This document shows positions 55,201 through 64,000 of a stretch of DNA of 64,000 nt, one piece after another. This DNA comes from Neocallimastix sp. 'constans' (Eukaryota). Every line of letters begins with the position of its first letter. The stretch's first letter is position 1. The translations under genes and the position numbers were made by a program. The DNA lies in assembly GCA_050613775.1 (NCBI GenBank), contig JBODTK010000158.1, forward strand, positions 310,001 to 374,000, given 5' to 3'. The notes below the pieces were generated by a model that was not told the origin of the DNA, did not search any database, and saw only the letters and a list, made by a program, of their open reading frames with translations.

Positions 55201-56235
55201 ATTCATCGTTGCTAAACGTATTCGTCCTGCACTAACTCCTATAGGTTCATACTGATAAGGTAATTTATCTAAAAATTGCTTTGTGATAATACTTAAGTTA
55301 CTACATGAATCTATTAAAGCCTTACCACGAACTCCATCTACTATTACATCAACCATAGCAATATCATCTTCTTGTGGTTCATGATGTTTACTTTTATATG
55401 TATGATCTATATTGTTCGTTATTATTGTAGTAGCACACATATTATCCACTGCACCTGAAATTTTAGTATTATTCTTTTCTAATTTAAGTCCTTGTGATAC
55501 TTGAGACCGTATCTTTGGAGCAACGTCCAATAATTGTCCAAATGTAATATTGCAATTACTGGAGTTTAAATCTTTGATCACGTCATAACTATCACAATCA
55601 GTTTGCATTTGTATTCTTTTTGGAATTCTAGTTGGCATAATTTCAGTTGACTTTTCTGATGATTTTTCTTGAATTAATTTATTTAAAGTTTGTTTAGAAT
55701 TATTTCCTTCCTGAGAAGTTTCTTCATTAATAATATTAACAATACTATTTTTATTATTTTCCACAGAAGTACTAGTACTAGCTCTTTCCTTATCTCTTAG
55801 CTCTTTCTCAATCCTCTTTTCTTTCTCTATTCTGGGTTGAGCCATAATCGAAGGATGTAATTGAGTTGTTGGCTTTTTGACTGGTCGCGATGTTCCCCTT
55901 AATTGATTTTCTTTTTGTTTTCGTAAACCTGGAGTAACTATTGGCTTAGGATCATCTCTTAGACTACGGTGAACCCTCTTTCCTCTTTGGTCACTAGTCT
56001 CTTCATCTTTAGGATTTGCCTTTCTCTTTATAACGTTTACTAAGTAATCCAATTCTTTGGAACCATCCGACTCATCATCAAAATCTTCGTAATAATCCGT
56101 AGTAGTACCTTCTTGGAAATCAGCAATTTCTTCATAATCATCATCTTCTTTTAAGTCAACTGTTTTGGGACGATGGCAGACTGAAGCAATTTTTTTGACG
56201 ATGGGAGTGCTTCTACTCCCTTTTAGTGGTTTAAA
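52234..56235 (-). CDS. B1 Pol (protease, RT, RNase H, integrase), expressed by -1 frameshift from gag
   Basis: ALIDSCS protease; WRLCIDYR, LDLYSGYHQI, MPFGL, FIDD; TDAS and DALSR; HHCC and DDE integrase in Gypsy order. The frame is open from the slippery site at 56235 down to the stop at 52234. Confidence 0.94.
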   Translation of the reverse strand, partial: FKPLKGSRSTPIVKKIASVCHRPKTVDLKEDDDYEEIADFQEGTTTDYYEDFDDESDGSKELDYLVNVIKRKANPKDEETSDQRGKRVHRSLRDDPKPIVTPGLRKQKENQLRGTSRPVKKPTTQLHPSIMAQPRIEKEKRIEKELRDKERASTSTSVENNKNSIVNIINEETSQEGNNSKQTLNKLIQEKSSEKSTEIMPTRIPKRIQMQTDCDSYDVIKDLNSSNCNITFGQLLDVAPKIRSQVSQGLKLEKNNTKISGAVDNMCATTIITNNIDHTYKSKHHEPQEDDIAMVDVIVDGVRGKALIDSCSNLSIITKQFLDKLPYQYEPIGVSAGRIRLATMNDDYSEDVLIKVPVKINELELLVTCRIIDKEDPFYDILINLKTQIDNQLFIHPIRYSLCRFNDQGLIEEIAPINNEYDDEEKLLCVIKALNHQEAKQQLKTIEGLPPIKYIYDTVFQSTINSNYREAITKLLEEYINIIATSSEELTPSDLSPHKIILKEGIKPIKQKFYRLSKLKTDILKEELTKLIYKRLIEPSCSEWSSPVVLVPKKNGKWRLCIDYRKVNEATKKDSYSLPNIEEIFDSLDGAKIFSTLDLYSGYHQILMEDDSVEITTFTTKFGNYQFKVMPFGLTGAPATFQREMNRILFPLIGKCVYNFIDDILIYSRTEEEHLEHLKQVLEIFREHKLKINIEKCSFMQTEVEVLGHKVSSEGLSPLENKVEAIKEWKAPSNIHELRSFLGAIGYYRNFIKDFAKVTAPLCTLLRKGVKFEWKKEQEESFKILKERLINAPILRFPRFDREFIIRTDASYDGIGGVLLQKDDETGKEHPVHYISRSLSKSEKNYGITDLEGAALIYCINKLKSYIMGNPKQTIVYTDHRPLIGLLKRKEPQNSRHTRWCLTVSMLGIDLRYETGKNNVVADALSRMKNEKEKVVLTTQIIKEQDENLLSRIIKEFIEEKFTTIDGVDYFVDGNNYRKLVTDTKEKLQLIFQAHSIGHEGYYKTYQRLKKSYYWNNMVNDIKRIIGKCEKCQLNKSQPYPEPTEDKPTEVEGPFIHLGLDIIGPLSKTRNNNQYIIVMVDYFTKWFEAEPTENVTSQDVIKFLINVFARHGVPQIITTDNGTQFTSDMTKIFLDLYDVYVKFITPYHPESNGLVENRNKEIGKLLRLLGQQHKEWDEILPSALWALRTTKISITNHSSFELVYGREDQQPFDIAARPTKGINKSSDEILLEKFVSHYQWVMEAASNIKNASKYWATRREEKTSMNQAKRIKPGDLVLVRNFNRTKLEPYFVGPMKVVKKQFNTVTLADPATNIQMNRNVHLKNIVKFNSAST
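56183..56235 (-). promoter_or_regulatory. -1 programmed ribosomal frameshift signal of B1 (same signal in B2 at 63201-63253)
   Basis: In-frame U-UUA-AAC heptamer, 8-nt spacer, stem GGGAGU/ACUCCC whose loop GAAGC can pair with downstream GCUUC (H-type pseudoknot). Pol is in the -1 frame relative to gag. Confidence 0.85.
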
Positions 56236-57140
56236 TAATTTTCATAAAACTTCTTGCGGTTATTTTCCAATATAGAATTTAATTTAGGACAGTTTCGTTT
56301 GGTATGTCCTTCATTGCTACAAAACCAGCAAGTACTAATTTTCATTTCTTTCATCTTGTTAGTGAGATTTTCTATAGATACATTTTTGTGGGTTTTTGGT
56401 TTGTTAAAATCATTTGAAATGTTCTTATTAAGATTACTTTTAGAGTTAAGGAGATTGTAACGAGTCTTATCATAATATTCAGTACTATTTTTAATAGATA
56501 AACGATCAACTTTTTCAGCTATAGCGAATGCTTTAGTAATAGAAATATTGTCTTTAAGCATAACCTTTCTCCATGCGTCAGGATTATTGGTTAAGGAATC
56601 TGCATAATCTAAAACACTAATTTTTCTTCTTCTCTTTTTATCCAATTTATGGTACAAAGATCTATAACGGACATTAAAATCTTTAACTTTCTCGTTCTTC
56701 TTTATTTTCATGGAACGCAATTCTCGTAACAAGTTGGTTTGATCTTCTTTAAGTCCATAGAAAGTCTTCAGATGATTTATGATTTCATCAAGGCTTGGGT
56801 AGGTGGTAGTAGATTCACTTTCTTCATCATCTTCTCCTTCACTATCGCTATCGAAATCAGAATCTTCATCTTCAGTAAGGTCATTTCCATCTTCTAGTTC
56901 TTGGATAATTTCTCTTGGTTCTCCAGAAGCCGTTAATATACAAGCAGTAAAAATAGTTTCAGGATCCTTGATATGTTGGTATTTTATCCATGCCTTTAAC
57001 TCATTTGCCCAGGAGTTGATGTCAAGGTTTTGTTTAGTAAGCTTTTCAAAATCTTTTAATTCTTTCTTTAATTCTCTGAAGCTAAGCTTACTTTCTGGAG
57101 TACTCTCTGTTGGAGTACTGGAAGTACTGGATGTTCTCAT
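56223..57140 (-). CDS. B1 Gag with CCHC zinc knuckle (305 aa)
   Basis: Major-homology-like KKNEKVKDFNVRY; CWFCSNEGHTKRNC. Confidence 0.92.
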   Translation of the reverse strand: MRTSSTSSTPTESTPESKLSFRELKKELKDFEKLTKQNLDINSWANELKAWIKYQHIKDPETIFTACILTASGEPREIIQELEDGNDLTEDEDSDFDSDSEGEDDEESESTTTYPSLDEIINHLKTFYGLKEDQTNLLRELRSMKIKKNEKVKDFNVRYRSLYHKLDKKRRRKISVLDYADSLTNNPDAWRKVMLKDNISITKAFAIAEKVDRLSIKNSTEYYDKTRYNLLNSKSNLNKNISNDFNKPKTHKNVSIENLTNKMKEMKISTCWFCSNEGHTKRNCPKLNSILENNRKKFYENYLNH

Positions 57141-57620
57141 AAAATAAAATTTATTGTATCTATAGAATGCTAAACCTCGTAATGTATAAATTGTTATAAA
57201 AAAGTAAAAATAAAAAAAATTAAAAAAAATAAATCTTTTAACTAATAAAATTATTAATTATTTATTATTATTAATCACTTATTAAATTATAATAATCGTG
57301 CAATCTGATAGTACACACTGTCTGACGTGCAGCTTACCTCTTGAAAGGTGTCATGCCACGCGTGTGCCACGGTTACTATTTTCAATATAAAAAATAGCAG
57401 TCCAGAGCCTACTAGCCCAATTACTATGTAGGATAAACTTAACCCGGAAATCTATGCACGAATATTAATTTAATTTAATAATAATTAATATTTTTAACAA
57501 TTAATAATAATTAGTTAAAAATATAAAAATTGTTTTTTAAAAAAAAATTTTTTGTTTTATTAGAAAAATTATTTATTAATATTATAATTTTATCCCCAAT
57601 GTATTAATTTATTATTATAT

Positions 57621-57638
57621 TCCCCGATATCTCCACCA
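57621..57638 (-). promoter_or_regulatory. B1 primer binding site, 18 nt, tRNA-Ala-like
   Basis: TGGTGGAGATATCGGGGA complements a tRNA 3' end UCCCCGAUAUCUCCA-CCA. The ..CUCCA end is typical of eukaryotic tRNA-Ala. Confidence 0.75.
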
Positions 57639-59248
57639 ATTTTTCATGGTATGGTTCATATAGTTTTAGAAATATAATAATAATTAACACAAATAATTAA
57701 ATTACATTAAAAAAAATAATTTGTTTTAAAATCAATATTTATTTATTTAAATTTATAAAAGAAAAATAATAATATAATTATTTATTTAATAAAAGTAAGT
57801 TATTGATTATATTTTATTTCACTAAAATTACATGTATTTATATTTTTTTTATCAAATTAAAATTTGTAAAGCCTAACTATTTTTTTAATAAACTAATTAC
57901 TAATTATTTTTATAAATAAAACATTTAAATTGAAATTGAATTATTATTTTAGTTAATAATATTATTGTTATAAATAGTAGTTATATATTATTGAATTATT
58001 AATTATTTAATAATAGTTTAATACTAATATATATAAAATAAAAATAAAGAGATTATACAGAATATTTTATTGTGGTTCAGTTAAATTTAGTAATTAAAAA
58101 TAAATTTAAATTGATAACGAAAATTTTAATAACTAATTAAATAAATTTGATTATTTTCAATATAACATAATACAAAAGAAATATAATATTAATATATTAA
58201 GTGGGTAAGGACAATATTCTTGGCTAAAGATTTTTAATACATTATAATGGAATCGGATCGATAATTCAAAAAGGAATTATAAGTTAATTAGTGATTTATT
58301 AACTTAAGATTTCTATTTAGTAATATTTGAAGAATATTGGAAAGTTCCAATTATATAGAATAGAATAATCTATAAGATTAGAATAATTTATATTATTCTA
58401 GCACAATTAGTATTATTTGTTCATTCTGTATTATCAGTGGTATGGTTCATATAGTTTTAGGAATATAATAATAATTAACACAAATAATAAAATTACAATA
58501 AAATAAAATAATTTGTTTTAAAATCAATATTTATTTATTTAAATTTGTAAAAGAAAAATAATAATATAATTATTTATTTAATAAAAAGAAAGTTATTGAT
58601 TATATTTTATTTCACTAAAATTACATGTATTTATATTTTTTTATCAAATTAAAATTTGTAAAGCCTAACTATTTTTTTAATAAGCTAATTACTAATTATT
58701 TTTATAAATAAAACATTTAAATTGAAATTGAATTATTATTTTAGTTAATAATATTATTGTTATAAATAGTAGTTATATATTATTGAATTATTAATTATTT
58801 AATAATAGTTTAATACTAATATATATAAAATAAAAATAAAGAGATTATACAGAATATTTTATTGTGGTTTAGTTAAATTTAGTAATTAAAAATAAATTTA
58901 AATTGATAACGAAAATTTTAATAACTAATTAAATAGATTTGATTATTTTCAATATAACATAATACAAAAGAAATATAATATTAATATATTAAGTGGGCAA
59001 GGACAATATTCTTGGCTAAAGATTTTTAATACATTATAATGGAATCGGATCGATAATTCAAAAAGGAATTATAAGTTAATTAGTGATTTATTAACTTAAG
59101 ATTTCTATTTAGTAATATTTGAAGAATATTGGAAAGTTCCAATTATATAGAATAGAATAATCTATAAGGTTAGAATAATTTATATTATTCTAGCACAATT
59201 AGTATTATTTGTTCATTCTGTATTAAGATGCCCCCGCTAAGACTCAAG

Positions 59249-62200
59249 CTAGGTAGAAGCTGAGTTAAACTTGACAATATTTTTCAAATGAACATTACGA
59301 TTCATTTGTATATTAGTAGCAGGATCAGCTAAAGTGACTGTATTGAATTGTTTCTTTACCACTTTCATAGGTCCAACAAAGTAAGGTTCTAATTTAGTTC
59401 GATTAAAGTTTCTTACTAGTACTAAATCACCTGGTTTTATTCTTTTAGCTTGATTCATACTGGTCTTTTCTTCTCTCCTAGTAGCCCAATACTTCGAAGC
59501 ATTTTTGATATTAGATGCGGCCTCCATTACCCATTGGTAGTGTGATACAAATTTTTCCAGTAGAATTTCGTCAGAAGACTTATTTATACCCTTAGTTGGT
59601 CTGGCAGCAATGTCAAAAGGTTGTTGGTCCTCCCTTCCATAAACTAATTCAAAACTTGAATGGTTGGTGATTGAGTTTTTAGTAGTTCTTAAAGCCCAAA
59701 GTGCAGATGGTAAAATTTCATCCCATTCTTTGTGTTGTTGTTCTAGTAATCGTAATAATTTTCCAATTTCTTTATTACGATTCTCAACTAAACCATTGTT
59801 TTCAGGATGATATGGAGTGATAAATTTAACATATACATCATATAAATCAAAGAAGATTTTTGTCATATCTGATGTAAATTGTGTTCCATTATCAGTAGTG
59901 ATAATTTGAGGTACACCGTGTCGAGCAAATACATTAATTAAAAATTTTATCACATCCTGAGAAGTAACATTTTCAGTGGGCTCTGCCTCAACCCATTTAG
60001 TAAAATAATCAACCACAACGATTATATATTGATTATTATTTCTGGTTTTACTTAGAGGTCCTATAATGTCCAATCCTAAGTGTGTAAATGGTCCTTCCAC
60101 TTCAGTTGGTTTATCTTCCGTTGGTTCAGGGTATGGTTGAGATTTATTTAATTGACATTTTTCACATTTACCTATAATTCGCTTAATGTCATTAACCATA
60201 TTGTTCCAATAGTAGCTCTTTTTCAAACGTTGGTATGTCTTGTAATAGCCTTCGTGTCCTATACTGTGTGCTTGAAAAATTAATTGAAGTTTTTCTTTTG
60301 TATCTGTAACTAATTTTCTATAATTATTGCCATCAACAAAGTAGTCCACACCATCAATTGTCGTAAATTTTTCTTCAATAAATTCCTTAATGGTTCTTGA
60401 AAGCAGGTTTTCATCTTGTTCTTTGATAATTTGTGTTGTTAAGATAACTTTTTCTTTTTCATTTTTCATTCTTGATAAAGCGTCTGCAACAACATTATTC
60501 TTCCCAGCTTCATATCGTAAATCAATTCCTAACATACTGACAGTCAAACACCATCTAGTATGACGAGAATTTTGTGGTTCCTTCCTTTTAAGTAATCCGA
60601 TTAAGGGTCTATGGTCTGTATATACTATAGTTTGCTTAGGATTTCCCATAATATAAGATTTTAATTTATTAATACAGTAAATTAGAGCGGCACCTTCTAG
60701 ATCCGTAATTCCATAATTCTTTTCCGATTTAGATAAACTTCTACTAATATAATGAACCGGATGCTCCTTTCCAGTTTCATCATCCTTTTGTAAAAGCACA
60801 CCGCCTATTCCATCATAGGAAGCATCTGTTCTTATAATAAATTCTCTATCAAATCTAGGAAATCTTAATATTGGGGCATTGATTAATCTTTCCTTAAGAA
60901 TTTTAAAACTTTCTTCTTGTTCCTTTTTCCATTCAAACTTAATACCTTTTCTTAATAGAGTGCAGAGAGGAGCAGTAACTTTTGCAAAGTCCTTAATAAA
61001 ATTTCTATAATATCCAATGGCTCCTAAAAATGATCGAAGTTCATGAATGTTAGAGGGAGCCTTCCATTCTTTAATAGCTTCAACTTTGTTTTCCAATGGA
61101 CTTAAACCTTCTGAGGATACTTTATGTCCAAGTACTTCTACTTCAGTTTGCATGAAAGAACACTTTTCGATATTGATTTTTAACTTATGTTCCTTGAATA
61201 TTTCTAAGACTTGTTTAAGATGTTCTAGGTGTTCTTCTTCAGTTCTTGAGTAGATTAAAATATCATCGATAAAGTTATAGACACATTTTCCTATTAAGGG
61301 AAATAGTATACGGTTCATTTCTCTTTGGAATGTAGCTGGAGCACCTGTTAAACCGAAGGGCATTACCTTGAATTGGTAGTTTCCGAACTTAGTTGTAAAG
61401 GTAGTGATTTCAACACTATCATCATCCATTAATATTTGATGATAACCGGAATAAAGATCTAATGTTGAGAAGATTTTCGCTCCATCTAAGCTATCAAAAA
61501 TTTCCTCAATATTTGGTAAAGAATAAGAATCCTTCTTAGTTGCTTCATTTACTTTCCTATAGTCAATACACAGGCGCCATTTACCGTTCTTTTTAGGCAC
61601 AAGTACTACTGGTGATGACCATTCTGAACATGAAGGTTCAATTAATCGTTTATATATGAGTTTGGTTAATTCTTCTTTTAAGATATCTGTTTTTAATTTA
61701 CTAAGTCGATAAAATTTTTGTTTAATAGGTTTAACTCCTTCCTTAAGAATAATTTTGTGTGGTGATAAATCTGAAGGTGTTAATTCTTCAGAAGAAGTTG
61801 CAATTATATCAATATATTCTTCAAGTAATTTAGTAATAGCTTCTCTATAATTTGAATTAATTGTACTTTGAAAAACTGTGTCATATATATATTTTATGGG
61901 TGGTAATCCTTCAATCGTTTTCAATTGTTGCTTAGCTTCTTGGTGATTCAATGCTTTGATTACACATAATAATTTTTCTTCGTCATCATATTCATTATTA
62001 ATAGGTGCAATTTCTTCAATTAAACCTTGATCATTAAATCGACAAAGACTATATCTAATTGGATGTATAAATAACTGGTTATCAATTTGAGTTTTGAGGT
62101 TGATTAATATATCATAGAATGGATCCTCCTTGTCTATAATTCTACACGTAACAAGTAGTTCTAGTTCATTAATTTTTACGGGAACTTTGATTAACACATC

Positions 62201-63253
62201 TTCTGAGTAATCATCATTCATCGTTGCTAAACGTATTCGTCCTGCACTAACTCCTATAGGTTCATACTGATAAGGTAATTTATCTAAAAATTGCTTTGTG
62301 ATAATACTTAAGTTGCTACATGAATCTATTAAAGCCTTACCACGAATTCCATCTACTATTACATCAACCATAGCAATATCATCTTCTTGTGGTTCATGAT
62401 GTTTACTTTTATATGTATGATCTATATTGTTCGTTATTATTGTAGTAGCACACATATTATCCACTGCACCTGAAATTTTAGTATTATTCTTTTCTAATTT
62501 AAGTCCTTGTGATACTTGAGACCGTATCTTTGGAGCAACGTCCAATAATTGTCCAAATGTAATATTGCAATTACTGGAGTTTAAATCTTTGATCACGTCA
62601 TAACTATCACAATCAGTTTGCATTTGTATTCTTCTTGGAATTCTAGTTGGCATAATTTCAGTTGACTTTTCTGATGATTTTTCTTGAATTAATTTATTTA
62701 AAGTTTGTTTAGAATTATTTTCTTCCTGAGAAGTTTCTTCATTAATAACATTAACATTACTATTATTATTATTATTTTCCACAGAAGTACTAGTACTAGC
62801 TCTTTCCTTATCTCTTAGCTCTTTCTCAATTCTCATTTCTTTTTCTATTCTAGGTTGAACCATAATCGAAGGATGTAATTGAGTTGTTGGCTTTTTGACT
62901 GGTCGCGATGTTCCCCTTAATTGATTTTCTTTTTGTTTTCGTAAACCTGGAGTAACTATTGGCTTAGGATCATCTCTTAGACTACGGTGAACCCTCTTTT
63001 CTCTTTGGTCACTAGTCTCTTCATCTTTATGATTTGCCTTTCTCTTTATAACGTTTACTAAGTAATTCAATTCTTTGGAACCATCCGACTTATCATCAAA
63101 ATCTTCGTAATAATCCGTAGTAGTACCTTCTTGGAAATCAGCAGTTTCTTCATAATCATCATCTTCTTTTAAGTCAACTATTTTGGGACGATGGCAGACT
63201 GAAGCAATTTTTTTGACGATGGGAGTGCTTCTACTCCCTTTTAGTGGTTTAAA
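59249..63253 (-). CDS. B2 Pol (protease, RT, RNase H, integrase)
   Basis: 1273-aa ORF nearly identical to B1 Pol, with the same frameshift signal. Confidence 0.93.
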   Translation of the reverse strand, partial: FKPLKGSRSTPIVKKIASVCHRPKIVDLKEDDDYEETADFQEGTTTDYYEDFDDKSDGSKELNYLVNVIKRKANHKDEETSDQREKRVHRSLRDDPKPIVTPGLRKQKENQLRGTSRPVKKPTTQLHPSIMVQPRIEKEMRIEKELRDKERASTSTSVENNNNNSNVNVINEETSQEENNSKQTLNKLIQEKSSEKSTEIMPTRIPRRIQMQTDCDSYDVIKDLNSSNCNITFGQLLDVAPKIRSQVSQGLKLEKNNTKISGAVDNMCATTIITNNIDHTYKSKHHEPQEDDIAMVDVIVDGIRGKALIDSCSNLSIITKQFLDKLPYQYEPIGVSAGRIRLATMNDDYSEDVLIKVPVKINELELLVTCRIIDKEDPFYDILINLKTQIDNQLFIHPIRYSLCRFNDQGLIEEIAPINNEYDDEEKLLCVIKALNHQEAKQQLKTIEGLPPIKYIYDTVFQSTINSNYREAITKLLEEYIDIIATSSEELTPSDLSPHKIILKEGVKPIKQKFYRLSKLKTDILKEELTKLIYKRLIEPSCSEWSSPVVLVPKKNGKWRLCIDYRKVNEATKKDSYSLPNIEEIFDSLDGAKIFSTLDLYSGYHQILMDDDSVEITTFTTKFGNYQFKVMPFGLTGAPATFQREMNRILFPLIGKCVYNFIDDILIYSRTEEEHLEHLKQVLEIFKEHKLKINIEKCSFMQTEVEVLGHKVSSEGLSPLENKVEAIKEWKAPSNIHELRSFLGAIGYYRNFIKDFAKVTAPLCTLLRKGIKFEWKKEQEESFKILKERLINAPILRFPRFDREFIIRTDASYDGIGGVLLQKDDETGKEHPVHYISRSLSKSEKNYGITDLEGAALIYCINKLKSYIMGNPKQTIVYTDHRPLIGLLKRKEPQNSRHTRWCLTVSMLGIDLRYEAGKNNVVADALSRMKNEKEKVILTTQIIKEQDENLLSRTIKEFIEEKFTTIDGVDYFVDGNNYRKLVTDTKEKLQLIFQAHSIGHEGYYKTYQRLKKSYYWNNMVNDIKRIIGKCEKCQLNKSQPYPEPTEDKPTEVEGPFTHLGLDIIGPLSKTRNNNQYIIVVVDYFTKWVEAEPTENVTSQDVIKFLINVFARHGVPQIITTDNGTQFTSDMTKIFFDLYDVYVKFITPYHPENNGLVENRNKEIGKLLRLLEQQHKEWDEILPSALWALRTTKNSITNHSSFELVYGREDQQPFDIAARPTKGINKSSDEILLEKFVSHYQWVMEAASNIKNASKYWATRREEKTSMNQAKRIKPGDLVLVRNFNRTKLEPYFVGPMKVVKKQFNTVTLADPATNIQMNRNVHLKNIVKFNSAST

Positions 63254-64000
63254 TGATTTTCATAAAACTTCTTGCGGTTATTTTCCAATATAGAATTTAA
63301 TTTAGGACAGTTTCGTTTGGTATGTCCTTCATTGCTACAAAACCAGCAAGTACTAATTTTCATTTCTTTCATCTTGTTAGTGATATTTTCTATAGATACA
63401 TTTTTGTGGGTTTTTGGTTTGTTAAAATCATTTGAAATGTTCTTATTAAAATTACTTTTAGAGTTAAGGAGATTGTAATGAGTCTTATCATAATATTCAG
63501 TACTATTTTTAATAGATAAACGATCAACTTTTTCGGCTATAGCGAACGCTTTGGTAATAGAAATATTGTCTTTAAGCATAACCTTTCTCCATGCGTCAGG
63601 ATTATTGGTTAAGGAATCTGCATAATCTAAAACACTAATTTTTCTTCTTCTCTTTTTATCCAATTTATGGTACAAAGATCTATAACGGACATTAAAATCT
63701 TTAACTTTCTCGTTCTTCTTTATTTTCATGGAACGTAATTCTCGTAACAAATTGGTTTGATCTTCTTTAAGTCCATAGAAAGTCTTCAGATGATTTATGA
63801 TTTCATCAAGGCTTGGGTAGGTGCTAGTAGATTCACTTTCTTCATCATCTTCTCCTTCACTATCGCTATCGAAATCAGAATCTTCATCTTCAATAAGGTC
63901 ATTTCCATCTTCTAGTTCTTGGATAATTTCTCTTGGTTCTCCAGAAGCCGTTAATATACAAGCAGTAAAAATAGTTTCAGGATCCTTGATATGTTGGTAT
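63241..64000 (-). CDS. B2 Gag (5' end outside the window)
   Basis: Near-identical to B1 Gag including CWFCSNEGHTKRNC. Confidence 0.9.
   Translation of the reverse strand, partial: YQHIKDPETIFTACILTASGEPREIIQELEDGNDLIEDEDSDFDSDSEGEDDEESESTSTYPSLDEIINHLKTFYGLKEDQTNLLRELRSMKIKKNEKVKDFNVRYRSLYHKLDKKRRRKISVLDYADSLTNNPDAWRKVMLKDNISITKAFAIAEKVDRLSIKNSTEYYDKTHYNLLNSKSNFNKNISNDFNKPKTHKNVSIENITNKMKEMKISTCWFCSNEGHTKRNCPKLNSILENNRKKFYENHLNH

Larger units (their letters stand above)
51424..58433 (-). mobile_element. Element B1: complete Ty3/Gypsy LTR retrotransposon (7010 bp), no chromodomain
   Basis: 787-bp LTRs at 51424-52210 and 57647-58433 (two differences seen). 4-bp TSD TCAG at 51420-51423 and 58434-58437. 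PBS 57621-57638; PPT-like AGCGGGGG at ~52216-52223; intact gag and pol. Confidence 0.95.
58438..64000 (-). mobile_element. Element B2: second copy of the B family in tandem with B1; runs off the window
   Basis: 3' LTR 58438-59225, intact pol, gag open to the window edge. Confidence 0.94.

Overview
Extremely AT-rich, intron-containing eukaryotic DNA, most consistent with an anaerobic gut fungus (Neocallimastigomycota; inferred from composition and the SBP-GPCR gene). Five intact host genes were reconstructed by hand: CDC24, ARP1/centractin, RPS26, a small DUF4359-like protein and a solute-binding-protein/7TM receptor. Two nested transposon clusters fill the rest. (1) At 18.4-28.6 kb, a full-length single-ORF LINE sits inside a truncated LINE, which sits inside an older LINE; TSDs are visible for the two inner insertions. 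(2) At 41.2-64 kb, a LINE is interrupted by a self-priming, RT-deleted chromovirus whose LTR begins with a tRNA-like (A box/B box) segment. The first 17 bp of that chromovirus's 3' LTR have received three independent insertions: a 1.7-kb solo LTR (TSD CATGT) and two tandem, intact-looking Ty3/Gypsy elements separated only by the re-duplicated target TCAG. That site lies 18 nt upstream of the A box, where a Pol III start would be. The best candidate for a new system is an LTR-borne Pol III promoter acting as a mobile landing pad for a Pol III-targeting retrotransposon. All family assignments come from motif recognition; no searches were run.
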